This document shows positions 1 through 11,374 of a stretch of DNA of 64,000 nt, piece after piece. The notes beneath the pieces are model-generated. The model ran no database searches and had not been told where the DNA came from. It saw only the letters and a list, made by a program, of their open reading frames with translations. Position 1 is the stretch's first letter. Each line of letters opens with the position of its first letter. The DNA is taken from NCBI GenBank assembly GCA_030704615.1, contig CM060732.1:59830001-59894000 (forward strand), in the 5' to 3' direction. The DNA is from Takakia lepidozioides (Eukaryota > Plantae > Bryophyta). A program made the translations under genes and the position numbers.

Positions 1-2943
1 CTTCTATCAGCAAAGGAGTGGGCCGTGGAGGAGACACACGAGTCCCAGTTTTTGCTTTACATTAGAGAAGTGAAAGGAGAAGGCGACGGGGAGCCGAGCC
101 CAGATTGGATCAAGGGGATTTTGGAGAAATACCAGGATGTGATGCCGGAGGATTTACCAAGCGGCTTGCCACCGCGAAGAGGAGTTGACCACAAAATTGA
201 GGTGATACCGGGATCGGAACCGCCTGCCAAGGCGCCCTACCGGTTGAGCCACAAAGAGTTGGTCGAGTTGAAGACTCAGCTCAAAGATCTAATGTCAAAG
301 GGGTACATCCGGCCGAGTAAGTCACCTTACGGAGCCCCGGTGCTATTTGCAGACAAGAAGGATGGGACGCTGCGGATGTGTGTCGATTACAGGGCTCTGA
401 ATAAGGTGACTATCAAAAACCGGTACCCTTTGCCAAGGATCGACGACCTCTTCGATCGGTTGGCAGGAGCGAAGTATTTCAGCCGGATCGACTTGCGCTC
501 CGGCTATCACCAAATTCGGGTGGCGGAAGGAGATGAGGAGAAGACCGCGTGCAGGACAAGGTATGGTTCATATGAGTTCTTGGTGATGCCTTTTGGGCTC
601 ACCAATGCACCAGCGACATTTAGCACGCTGATGAACAGCCTTTTCCAGGAGTGGTTGGATGACTTTGTGATCGTGTACATCGACGACATCTTGGTGTACT
701 CGAAAACAAAGGAGGAGCACCTGGAGCACCTCAAAAGGGTGTTCCAAAAATTGCGAGAAGGGAAGCTGTATGCCAAAGCTTCAAAGTGCGAATTCGGGGT
801 CACAAAAGTGGAGTTCTTGGGGCACGTGATTACACAGGATGGGATCAAAATGGATGACAGAAAGGTGAGGGCGATCTTGGACTGGGAGCCTCCGACTTCG
901 GTCCCGGGAGTGCGATCCTTCCTAGGACTCGCCTCCTATTACCGGAAGTATGTGAGAAATTTCGCCAAGATCGCGGGGCCGCTGTCGGACCTTCTGTGTA
1001 AATCCAAAGTCTGGGTATGGAACACATTTTGTGGCCAAGCTTTTGCTGAATTGAAGCAGCGGATGACGGAAGCTCCAGTCTTAAAAATCCCGGAGTTCGA
1101 TCGTCCATTTGAGATTCATACAGATGCATCGGACTTCGCAATTGGGGGTGTACTTATGCAAGATGGACGTCCAGTGGCTTACGAAAGTAAGAAACTGAAT
1201 GAAGTGGAGCGACGGTGGCCGACGCACGAAAAAGAGATGAAGGCGGTGGTACATTGCCTTGAACTCTGGCGCCACTATGTTGGTTCCAACCCAGTGAAGG
1301 TGTTCACGGACAATGTCACGGTGAAGTATTTTGCCACGCAGCCCAAGTTGTCCCCAAAACAACTTAGGTGGCAAGATACTTTGGCAGTGTTCGACGTGGA
1401 TATCCAGTACAAACCGGGACGGGACAATGTGGTGGCCGATGCTTTAAGTAGAAAGCAGCAGCTCTTGTTGGTGTACAAGGGCGAGACGGCGCTCCAAAGG
1501 AAGATCCGGAAGGCTTGCCGGAAGGATGAGCTGGCAAAGTGCGTGATGCAGAACTTGAGAATGGGGGTTAAATCGCAGTTCCACTTGCAAAACGGACTGC
1601 TCCGGTATAAGCAAAAACGTCTCTATGTGCCAAAGGGAGGGATCAGGGATAGTCTCTTGAGAGAATGCCATGATAGCCCGCTTGCGGGCCACGGTGGAGC
1701 CAAGCGCACTGCGGCACTCTTGAAGAAAGAGTATTTCTGGCCCAAACTGAGGGAGGAGGCAGAGGAGTATGTAAAGACATGCACCACATGCCAACAAAAC
1801 CGGAGCGAGTATAAAAAGCAAGCGGGGCTGTTACAACCCTTGCCGATTCCAGAGGGGACTTGGGAAAGCGTCTCGATGGATTTCATGACTGCTATGCCGC
1901 TGTCAAAAGGATTCGATGCAATCATGGTGGTGGTAGATAGGTTCAGTAAAATGGCCCATTTCATCCCCACCAAGGAGACGGCAACTGCGCAGGAGACAGG
2001 GCGACTTTACTTCGCCCACGTCTTAAAGCATCATGGAGTCCCGAAGGATATTGTCTCGGACCGCGACCCAAAGTTTACGAGTAAATTCTGGAGAGCACTT
2101 TGGAAGAAGATGGGGACGAGGCTGAAGATGAGCACCGCCTTCCGACCTACGACGGACGGCCAAACGGAAAGAGTGAATTCCGTAGTGAAGCAATTCTTGC
2201 GGAATTACGTGTCGGCAGACCAATCAGACTGGATGGAACACTTAGACGCGGCAGAGTTCTGTTATAATAACACAGAACACTCCGCGACGGGAGTTTCCCC
2301 TTTTGTGTTGGTCTATGGAAAAGCACCTCTGGTGCCGACAAGTTGGGCCGCCCAGGACGTTGAGGAACCGGCAGTAGCGGCGGTACTGGAAGAACGCGAG
2401 CGTTTGTTGAAGCTCGCAAAGTACAACATTGCCAAAGCTAGGAAACGGTATGAAAGGCAGGCGAATCGGAAGCGGAGGGAAGTGAAGTTTGAGGCAGGCA
2501 CAGAGGTCTGGTTGAACATCAAGAATTTTCGACTACCTCCGGAAATGAGTCCGAAGTTCGTACCTCCGTATGCGGGTCCCTTTCGCATTCGGAGGGTTAT
2601 GAATGAGGATGTGTATGAATTGGAGCTGCCAGCAAACAGCAAGGTGCACCCAGTATTCCATGTCTCCCTTTTGAAGCCTTACTTCAAAGATGAAGCACGT
2701 CCGAATCGGCAGCAAGTGTTGCGTCCGCCACCTATGCTGTTGGATCATGAAAATGAACCCGAGTACGAGGTGGAGGCAATACTTAAGTCGAGGAGGTTCA
2801 AGAACCGAGAAACGGAGTATCTCGTCAAATGGAAGGGCTATCATCTTGTGGAGGCATCTTGGGTGCGTGCCTCAGAAATGGGAAACGCATCCGAGGCAGT
2901 TGCAGCGTTCGAAGGGCGACCTCAAAAGCGGAAGAAGCGTTGA
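1..2943 (+). CDS. Ty3/gypsy chromovirus pol (RT, RNase H, integrase, chromodomain); 5' part lies outside the window
   Basis: Uninterrupted 972-aa ORF (25..2943). RT motifs [11 protein letters not shown] and YIDD; RNase [10 protein letters not shown]; integrase HHCC (H..GH..C..C) and DDE core; GPF module; C-terminal chromodomain [16 protein letters not shown]. Confidence 0.97.
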   Translation, partial: LLSAKEWAVEETHESQFLLYIREVKGEGDGEPSPDWIKGILEKYQDVMPEDLPSGLPPRRGVDHKIEVIPGSEPPAKAPYRLSHKELVELKTQLKDLMSKGYIRPSKSPYGAPVLFADKKDGTLRMCVDYRALNKVTIKNRYPLPRIDDLFDRLAGAKYFSRIDLRSGYHQIRVAEGDEEKTACRTRYGSYEFLVMPFGLTNAPATFSTLMNSLFQEWLDDFVIVYIDDILVYSKTKEEHLEHLKRVFQKLREGKLYAKASKCEFGVTKVEFLGHVITQDGIKMDDRKVRAILDWEPPTSVPGVRSFLGLASYYRKYVRNFAKIAGPLSDLLCKSKVWVWNTFCGQAFAELKQRMTEAPVLKIPEFDRPFEIHTDASDFAIGGVLMQDGRPVAYESKKLNEVERRWPTHEKEMKAVVHCLELWRHYVGSNPVKVFTDNVTVKYFATQPKLSPKQLRWQDTLAVFDVDIQYKPGRDNVVADALSRKQQLLLVYKGETALQRKIRKACRKDELAKCVMQNLRMGVKSQFHLQNGLLRYKQKRLYVPKGGIRDSLLRECHDSPLAGHGGAKRTAALLKKEYFWPKLREEAEEYVKTCTTCQQNRSEYKKQAGLLQPLPIPEGTWESVSMDFMTAMPLSKGFDAIMVVVDRFSKMAHFIPTKETATAQETGRLYFAHVLKHHGVPKDIVSDRDPKFTSKFWRALWKKMGTRLKMSTAFRPTTDGQTERVNSVVKQFLRNYVSADQSDWMEHLDAAEFCYNNTEHSATGVSPFVLVYGKAPLVPTSWAAQDVEEPAVAAVLEERERLLKLAKYNIAKARKRYERQANRKRREVKFEAGTEVWLNIKNFRLPPEMSPKFVPPYAGPFRIRRVMNEDVYELELPANSKVHPVFHVSLLKPYFKDEARPNRQQVLRPPPMLLDHENEPEYEVEAILKSRRFKNRETEYLVKWKGYHLVEASWVRASEMGNASEAVAAFEGRPQKRKKR

Positions 2944-2977
2944 TGGGGACATCAACCTTGGAGCGTGGGGGAGGAAA

Positions 2978-4573
2978 TGCATGCTTAGCCCGGTTTAGCT
3001 AGCTCAGGAATCCGATTGCAAAAACTTGTATTGTACAAAAATTTGTGATAAAGGAAATGGGTTCCAAATATTGTGCGTCCTATTGTGTTTGGAATGGTGA
3101 TGCATGGTGTGGTTGGCTGGTGTGTAGAATGCATGCTAGCTTACAAAAGTGGGAGAGGTAAATTGGGTTAATCGTGTGTTTGCGCAGTGCCGAAATCGGG
3201 TGACTCCCATCCAAGGGGCAAGGAAACTTGCGCCTTATTTGGGAGTTCAAGTGCTAGTGCGCACCTGGCGCGTGCGCGTACTATAACTGCGCTACCGAGG
3301 GGGGTTGCCTTGTAGTGCGGGCTAACGCGGAAGCTACGTGCTTCCGTTCACGTACTATAATCGTGTAGCCTCGGGACGAAGTCGTAGTGCGGCTTCGGCG
3401 TGTTCCCGTACCTCAGGCCAGCATTCCAAGGCGGACCCAATTGTAGTGATTGGGGCGCACGGTTGGTTCAAGGTTATCTTCCTAGTCAAAGAGGGTTCCA
3501 GGTGAACCCTTGCTCAAGGTGATGCCAAAAGCGGCATCATGAGCGATCGCAAGCAATGTTGTTGCAGTAAGGCGATTCGATCCTCGGGGAGGATCGTTCC
3601 TTGGCCTTGAAGTAGGCCAAGAAGAGTGCACTGGGAGGAGCTGGAGAGGCTCCACCCTTGGCCGGGACTTGGAGAAGTCGGCCGAACTAGCTAGTGGAGA
3701 GTGGAGTCAAGTGTGGGGTTTGGTTCTTTGCCATGGGACGCCATGGTACGGAAACAAACTCCTTGATGTGGGACGCCACAACTTGGATGTTCGTTTCTAC
3801 AAAATGGACAAGTCGATGAGGACATCGACTCCCTGTTGGTAGGGGTGTGTGTCGCGGCCCTTTGCCTTGAGGGCAGGGGGTCGGGACACATGAGGGGCTG
3901 CCCCTGTGGTGGGGGCAGCGGCAGCGATAGGTATGGGGGGCTGAAGCACCCTTGAGTGCCCAAGGCACTCAAGGAGGCGGAGGCGCTCACTAGGTGGAGC
4001 CCCGCACACCGGGTTGCGGTGGAGGTGGCTCCACAAGGGGTGGTGGTAGCTTAGTGGGACTTAGTGGGGGTGGCATAGGACTCACCATGGGGTGGAGACC
4101 TCGAGGTGGGAGTCGTGGGGAGTCTTGGGACTCATCACGGTCCATTGGGGCCGCGGTGAGTGGGCCAAGACTCACCGCGACTCACCACCGGGAGTCGAGG
4201 GTTTTCGTGGTGGTTCGCCATAAAATGGCATGGCTGGTTATGAAACCCCCGCGGACAGCTACAGAAGTATATATAGGGAGTAGTAACCCCGAGAACGGTG
4301 CAAGCCCGTTGGTGACCAAAAACTAGTGAGTAAGCGAGCGAGCCGGAAAGCGACCAAAGAGTGGGGAGCTGTTCCGGACTGCCATCTACCAAAGGGAATT
4401 CTCCTAGTCCCAAATAGGTGGAGGGTTTAGAGGGAAGCGGAAGGGGACCGTTATGTCCCGGTGAGCAGCCGAAACTCCAAGTTGGCCCGGCGGCCAGGTT
4501 GGGAGTCAGGCGCGCGCATCAAAGCGAGTAACTATGACTTGAAGGGGAGTTTACCGAACTGAGGTGTGCGACA
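2978..4573 (+). mobile_element. 3' LTR of the chromovirus (~1.6 kb)
   Basis: Purine tract GAGCGTGGGGGAGGAAA (2961-2977) followed by TG at 2978. GC-rich block with a TATA-like GTATATATAG near 4268 ends at GTGTGCGACA (4573), where composition turns AT-rich. The partner LTR is not in the window, so ends are approximate. Confidence 0.7.
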
Positions 4574-5076
4574 AGAAGGTTCTTTAGAAATATTTGCTTG
4601 AAATGAAAAAATCTCACACCGTTTCCAGTTATCTCAGGGAAAAGATGATAGGACTTAAGCCTTGTCAGAATGTTTCCACCGATCCCAAGTTTAAGCCTCT
4701 CCTGGATTATGTTGATGATTCTAATTATGGGAATCTCCGATATGATGCTTCAAAATAAAGATTTTATTGATCAACCACGTCTGTGATTCAATGTTTATTT
4801 TTTATTGGTCTTTTTATAGGTTGTATTGTTTTCCTAGAAAAACTGTTGTGTACTGTGATTTCCTTTTCTATCTGAATTGACATGGAATTGTTTGCTATTT
4901 CCTAGTCTCATCCAAGTGTTTCTCCACCCCATACCATCCCGATCCTCTGAGATACAGGCCTTCTCCGAAACTCGTCTCGGGGGCTTTTTTTCAAATCCGA
5001 CAACCTCTACTGTGGCAGTAGGGTTATCTTGGTCCGTACATTGACTTTGTAGTTCGTTTCTTTCTGCGGTTCTGGC

Positions 5077-7120
5077 GATGCTGCTGATGCCAACTTCTTG
5101 TCGGGACCTCCATTGGAATCATCCATATCAGAAATTCGTCTACAAAGGGACAACATTCACACTACTATTGAGATTTCTGTCATCGACGGTGAAGCATCAT
5201 CCAGGCACTTAGCTTCCCTTCAATTGCACGACCCTCTTCTTCAGTCCATTCCTGAAAAGGATGTTCTGTCGCAAGATTGTTTAGGATTGAATGTCGAAGA
5301 TGGAAGACAACTTGACAAATGTGCAGGGGATTTCGTGGACCTCACTCTACAGTCCTCACCCTCCGTGTTAAGTGTCAATGGTGTGAAATCTACCTCGAGA
5401 ATGTCATCCGTTGAGGACGCGGCTGAGGCTGCGGCTCCGCAGCACAATGTTGCCTCTCTTCCCTCCTTCTCTCCCCAGCACAAAGGTTGGACAGCCCAAA
5501 TCAGAAGGAGTCAGGTAAAATTACTTATATCTGAATTCTAACTCGTCCTTTTGTTTTCCTTAGTACTGGGTCTGATGTTCTTGTTTTACTCCAGGCCAGA
5601 AAATTTGCGGATTGTGACCTTCCTGTCAAACGACGTCTTCATTGGAAATATGTTCCGAGGTAATCCCTTCATTACGTGAAAATTCCATTTAGGATGTGGA
5701 GTGCTCAAGAGACAATTTCCATTCCGTTCCCCTTCTTCGAAACCCTTTCGATGAGGACAAGGACGAAACTTCAATTGAAACTTCAAGGCTTCCCGACCCT
5801 GCAGTGTTGGCGCAATGTTCTGCACCGAGGAAGCGGTATAGGGCCCCCAAACCATTTCCATCTCTTCTACAAATCGTTCCACTGGAGAGAAGTCCTCGTC
5901 AGAGACAAAGCAGACTCGAGGAGAAAAAGGAATATCTCGGACATACCGAGGTCTCGTCAAAACACGTCCATCGGGATGCCAAGCCCGCCAGCGAGACTTT
6001 CCAATAAGGCGACATCGGTATTATTCGATATCATTTCTCCACTTTTCTCTTTTTTCTGTTCGTTTGGTTATGCACTAATTAACTCCATCTTTTCTCAACA
6101 GAAGGGGATGCAACATGATACCTTCATCAATTTTCCTCCGTACAAGGTACTTTCCTAAACCTCCACTTGGCAGTCGACATTCCTCTTCTTAGCAATATTC
6201 ACCCTCATCTTGAAACATTCCAAGCCCACAACATTGTGCAGTATTTTGCCATTTTTGGCACATCGTGTTGATCTTCCATACACTTAATCATTCTGGGTCT
6301 GGGTATTTTTCATGGCAGAAACACTAATGTCAGTGTGTGATTAACCTGCTCAGGATAACTTTGTCTCTCATCCTTTACATGCAACAGCGGGGAAGAGGAA
6401 ACGGATGTTGTTAATTTTGAGTGTCAACGGACTCCTCTGCTACCGGCCACCCCCAACCGGCGGTGAACTGTTTAAGGAGAAATTTCGTTTCAGGAATGTG
6501 ACACTTCAAGTTCCTGACAGACCGTTTGTGGTGCCTCGGCCTGGAGTCTTGGAGTTTCTGGACCTTGCATTGAAGCATTTTCACGTGGCCATTTGGTCAT
6601 GTCTGATAGAGGTGTTCTTTGTAGGATGGGAGAGCTTCGTCCCCACGAAATAGCGAAGAAGTTTTGCTTCATATGGTCTGTTGAGGATTGTAAGGATACC
6701 ACCGGTTATATCAGGCCCGGGATGAAATATCTCGTGAAGGATATTCGAAGTGTTATTGTCAGGTACCCTAGTAGACCGTTTGCTACGCAGGGGCAAATAC
6801 TTCTTGTAGATGATGGGCTATCAAAAGACATGCGAAATCCACAAAATATTGGATTCTTCTCTTTCTCATTCAAGCCTTCACCAAACGGATTGCATGACCG
6901 GGATGATATGACAAAAGCAGTGTGGCCATATATATCGGGAGAGGCTAGATGGCTAGAGATTCAATAGTCGTTGATTACATTAGCGAGAACCGGGCAAAGT
7001 GTTCTCATAAGCCTATTGGTCGAGACCATGCCTGCTGGGCTTGGTATGGAAGATATCTTGATCCTCGTATTTGGATCCCACAACAAAAGGAACCTGATTA
7101 CCTTGGTAGGCACGTGGATC
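5077..7120 (+). pseudogene. FCP1/NIF (NLI-interacting factor-like) HAD phosphatase domain pseudogene with low-complexity upstream exons
   Basis: Frameshifted ORFs 6405..6653 and 6593..6967 carry LLILSVNGLL (DxDxT-motif position, degenerate), RPGVLEFL..FHVAIWS, IWSVEDC, LVKDI and LLVDDGLSKDMRNP. Putative upstream exons at 5098-5514 (GT donor) and ~5595-6016. Confidence 0.7.
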
Positions 7121-8089
7121 CCATATCTTCTCCGCAATAAAGGCATAATCCATTTGAGCGCCGTCTTTGTTTTTCTTGTGGCGTCAATGGCTTGAATCGG
7201 ACAACATCAATTTGCATATGATCATTACCGAATGTCTGATGGATCGTTGTATTTGGTGCCGTAGTAGTAGCAGCATAGTGCGTCGTCGACCATCCAGATC
7301 GCTTCTCTTGACGTCTTTCGAACAAACGATTATCGCATGCAATGACTTGGGTGATGAATTTGCTCAGTGTACTCACGTTTGACATTGTCAGCAACAAATC
7401 TTTTACATCCTCTTTTAGGCCACATCGAAATTGACTAATGAAACTCTTCTCATTCCAGTCGAGGTTGCACGCAAGTTGTCGAAATTCGGCAGCATACACG
7501 GAAGCTGGACGTGCTCCTGGTCGAAGATTTCGCATCTTTGTCTCTACAACTCTCTCTCTATCATTCTCTCCAAACATTGCAGTGAACGCTTCAAAATTGT
7601 ATAGTAAATGCGAATTTTTCTTTAATAGCGGTGCGAACCAAGATAGAGCAGTGCCTGATAGAAGGGTGCCCACAAATCCCACTTGAATACCTTTATCAGG
7701 GTAGCGTTGTAGATGTAGTCGTAGGAACAATCGTACTTGTTGAACAAAACCGCGAAATCTTGATCTCATCCCATCAATTTTTTCGGGCATGCTGACATTT
7801 GGTTCTCTTGTAATCTGTTGAAGATTTGGAAGAACCGTTGCAGTAGGATTCGTTGTAGTAGGGATTCGTAAGGTTGAAGATCCATTGTTCGATTCCTTCA
7901 ACTCTGAAATTTGTTGTTGCAAATTGTTGAGAGGGTTGCCAAGATCTTGAGACTGATCAGCTTGTAGTTGGGCAGTAGAGGCACGAAGTTCTTGTATCTG
8001 GAGCTGAAGACTCTACAATGTGACGACCGTTTCCGCAAATGTGCCTTTCATCTTAACTAATTAAGGAACAAACTTCAGTCTCGCCAAAC
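7120..8089 (-). mobile_element. Truncated Ty3/gypsy internal region: PBS, leader and gag
   Basis: ORF 7098..7922 has retrotransposon gag motifs (PEKIDG, LLSGTALSWF, YAAEFRQLA, MQID). The zinc knuckle is cut off after CLYCGE. Confidence 0.88.
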
Positions 8090-8740
8090 TGTCAAGGACG
8101 AGAACATGATTGAACACAAACAAGAGATCAGACTAGAGGTACAAGACTAAGCATGAAGTCAAGGTCGGCGTGGCCGTATGCACGATGAGTAAATATGAAT
8201 CAAGGCGATGTTTATAACAATGAATAATGGTACAAGATATTGGAACACGACTTGAATACTGGAATGCTGGAAACTGGACTGGATTACCAGATACTGGAAA
8301 CTGGGCTAGGGTACTGGGAACTGGACTGGAGTACTGGGACTGGAAACAAGAAGTAGCTTGAACTGGTGTTGGTGAGACTGAAGAGTGTCCAGTCTCGCCT
8401 CCTATATATACTGGCTACTAAGAAGCTTCCCTAAGAAGCTTCTCCTATGGAGGTTTCTTGCTGGAGAAGTTTCCAAGATTAAACAAAGGTTTCTTGATGG
8501 AGAAGCTTCCTTAAGCAAATGAGATATCTTGATGGAGAAGTTTCTTCCAAAAGAAGCTTCCTAAGCAGTTTCCAAGTTACTCTTGGTAATTTGGTAAATT
8601 CCCGGTAACTTGGTAAGTAATGGTAAATCATGGTAGATCATGATAAATCACGGTAAGTCATGATAACTTCCGGTAACATGCTAACTAAGTAACTTCTGAT
8701 ATTTACTCCTGGTAAGTTCCTCTGGGCTATGTCCGTGGCA
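8090..8740 (-). mobile_element. 5' LTR (651 bp) of the truncated Ty3/gypsy element
   Basis: Minus strand starts TGCCACGGAC (8740) and ends GTCCTTGACA (8090), an 8/10 inverted match. TATATATA at 8410-8403. Internal short tandem motifs (ACTGG, GGTAA, AGAAGCTTCC). Confidence 0.85.
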
Positions 8741-9945
8741 GGATGCTCCAGTATCAGCAAACCAAGCCTCATCCCGACTTATAAGATGAACATAATTTGC
8801 CTTACCTTCAGTCACCTCGGTAGTTACAGTTGGTTTTTTTCCAGCACCTGGTTCTCTCAAATACTAGATGCTTTAGAATCTCTACAATTGTAACAGAAAC
8901 ATCTATCTCGGTCACGTTCACTTCACTCGTGGATACCTCCCTATCAGTCTTCTTAGAAGAACTAGAGCTGCACTTTTTAGCCCAATGCCCATATTTTCCA
9001 CACTTGAAGTACTGTGTTACCTTCTTTTTCTCTTCAATTGTTTTTTTTTTTTCAGATGTAAATAGCTTCTTATTCTTCTTCTTATCATCATTCCCTGCAT
9101 AAAAAGCCTTATCGCTTTCTTCCTCATTCTCCTTCAAGGTCTTCAAGCTAGCCTCTCTCTTAAGCAAAACATGAAAACCGTTCAGCGTCTGCTCACTTGC
9201 AGGCACACTGTCCCACGCCAAGAATAATGGTTCATAACTCTGTGGAAGCCCGCATTTGATCTTAGTCAAGGGCTGTCTCTGACTGATCGTTTCTCTAAGA
9301 TCGTTTAGTTTCTTGCCAAGCGAGGAAACCTGACCGTAGTAAGAAGACACTGAATCTCCTTCTTGCATTCGACAGTTAAAGAACTTCTCCTGCAAATGCA
9401 TAATACTCTCTTCTGTAGTCTGCTGATGGATCGTGTTCATCATCTCCCACATCTCTGCAGAAGTGGTGCAGTTGATCAATTGATTCATATAAGATCGATC
9501 GATGGAATGCAAAATTGTCACTATTGCCTTTCTGTCACGTCTTTCCAATCAGCCTTCTCCGCTTCAGTAGCAGTATCAGTCAACTTCTCTTCACCAGAAA
9601 CAATGGTGAATTGATCTCTTGATTCTAATACAAATTTAATGTGGAATTTCCACAAATGGAAGTTCTCACCGACAAACTTGTCAACTGTCTCAAACTCTTT
9701 GCCTGCGTCCTCTTTAGAACTCATCTTTGCAAGAGATGTACAATCTCTTCCAATCTAGATAATGAGTTAGTTATCAACTTATGCTTGAAAAACTATCTCA
9801 ATTCTAAACTAAAATTGGACAACTATAGCTTAACCTCTTGTTAAGCATTTGACACTTTCTTGCTATACAGTCTAAGAATGGCTTTACCAGAATCCAAACA
9901 CGTTCCTGCGGTGGAGCTTCCGTGTCAACCCGTGGGCCTATAACC
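8741..9945 (-). mobile_element. Ty1/Copia internal region: PBS and frameshifted gag, interrupted by the Ty3 element
   Basis: ORFs 9521..9724 (DKFVGENFHLWKF) and 8808..9548 (CTTSAEMW, GLPQSY, degenerate knuckle YFKCGKYGHWAKKC). PBS GGTTATAGGCCCAC at 9945-9932. Confidence 0.88.
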
Positions 9946-10237
9946 TGTTGTAGATGCCATAGCCAAAAGAAGACCAAATACACTATGATGAAAGAGTGCT
10001 TATTTCAGATAGTGTATACATATGCTATACAGCTTCCAAAGTAGATATTGCAGAAAACAGTCAGCAAGAAAGACTACCCCAGAAAAGAACAACGCTGGTA
10101 AGTAACCTGGAGGTCCATAGGCGGGAAACTTAAAAGAAAACCTAAGTGGCATCTATATGTCCACAAGTAATGTATCTACGTGGCATTAACATGGACCGCG
10201 TTTACATTGAATCTACTACCACCATGTACTAACAACA
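9946..10237 (-). mobile_element. 5' LTR (~290 bp) of the Copia element
   Basis: Bounded by TGTTGT and ACAACA; abuts the PBS on one side and the truncated GMC reading frame on the other. Confidence 0.75.
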
Positions 10238-11374
10238 TTGGCTAGAGTCCTGGGCAGGAATGATGATGCATCGATGGACACATTCGCGATTGCGTCCAAA
10301 TCTGCAATCTGGACATACGTTTGGAGCTTCATCGCTCCTATGGTGGGTCTGTCAATAGGATCTTTGTAATTGTACGATGCTTCCATAAAGTAGATGTCGT
10401 GATCCGTCACATGTCCGAGACAATCCTTGTCCTCCTCCTTCAGTTTTATGTCTGAACTGCTAAGCAGGATAGCCAAACTATTGACGCTTCCAGCGCACAG
10501 GACCACATCCCTGCCATACAACATTTCGTCCGATTCGTCTTTGTTATCCTGTACAGTCACTTCGATGGTTTTGGGGGCGTTGCCGCATGGTATGGAGAGC
10601 TTGGAGACCTCCGCATTTAACATTATCTTGAATCACTTGTTGGACTCATTACTCTGTTTAGAGTTGGTCATCGCAATCTCCAAAAGCTTATCCACAGTGC
10701 TGTAAGCCCCCTGCGCGAAATCGAAATTCTTGTCATCACAGAACTCCGATGCTATCCTGCCCCACTGCCACTGAGTCGAGATTTTTTCAGCCCACATTTT
10801 CATGTTGAGGCTGTCAATAAGATTCTGATGCACAGGTTTGGTCTTGTACAAGTAAATGTTCATCAAATCCTCAGCCTTCTTGAAATATATGCTCGTCAAA
10901 TCAACCATGACATCTCTTGGGAAGTGCTTGTGAAGGTTGTTGTCATGTGGTCGTGGAGCAAAGAGGCCCCATACACAGCTCCTCCCGCCCAAGCAGTACA
11001 TCGGCCCTCCGCTCCAGTCTGGGTTTCCTAGTTTGTCTTTCTCGAAGTTTTTGCTCAATACGTAATCCGTCGTCGACTTGAATGTACTGTAGAATGTGTC
11101 ATTAACTTGCCCGCGGTCTTGTTCCAGACCCGCTGGCCTGGAGGCATTGAGACAGTGCGAATGAAAGATTAGCCCCCCCTTCTCAATGACAAGAATTTTT
11201 CTTTTTGTTTCCAATCTTTTTGTTAGCATCGAAGAGCGCTCCAGCCAGCACTCCTCCCCCAATTCCAGTGCCGACAATGATAATATCGTATGGATCGTCT
11301 TTTGTACCTATAGCTGCTGCCTGTGCAATCGTCAGCGGGAAGTACTTGCTTTCGAAGGATTCGGTTTCGGTCAT
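10238..11374 (-). pseudogene. Intronless GMC-type FAD oxidoreductase (pyranose-oxidase-like) pseudogene, 3'-truncated by Copia
   Basis: Rossmann motif YDIIIVGTGIGGGVLA..ILVIEKG, CLGGRSCVWGLFAPR, VVLCAGSVNS.AILL.S and GHVTDH. One frameshift near 11200 and an in-frame TGA at 10635-10633. Confidence 0.88.

Noticed and set aside
3687-4413. Overlapping short ORFs in the LTR
   Set aside because: GC-rich low-complexity translations with no recognisable motifs.
4526-4539. GAGTAACTATGACT resembles a conserved LSU rRNA segment
   Set aside because: Only 14 nt, inside an LTR, with non-matching flanks; plausible by chance.
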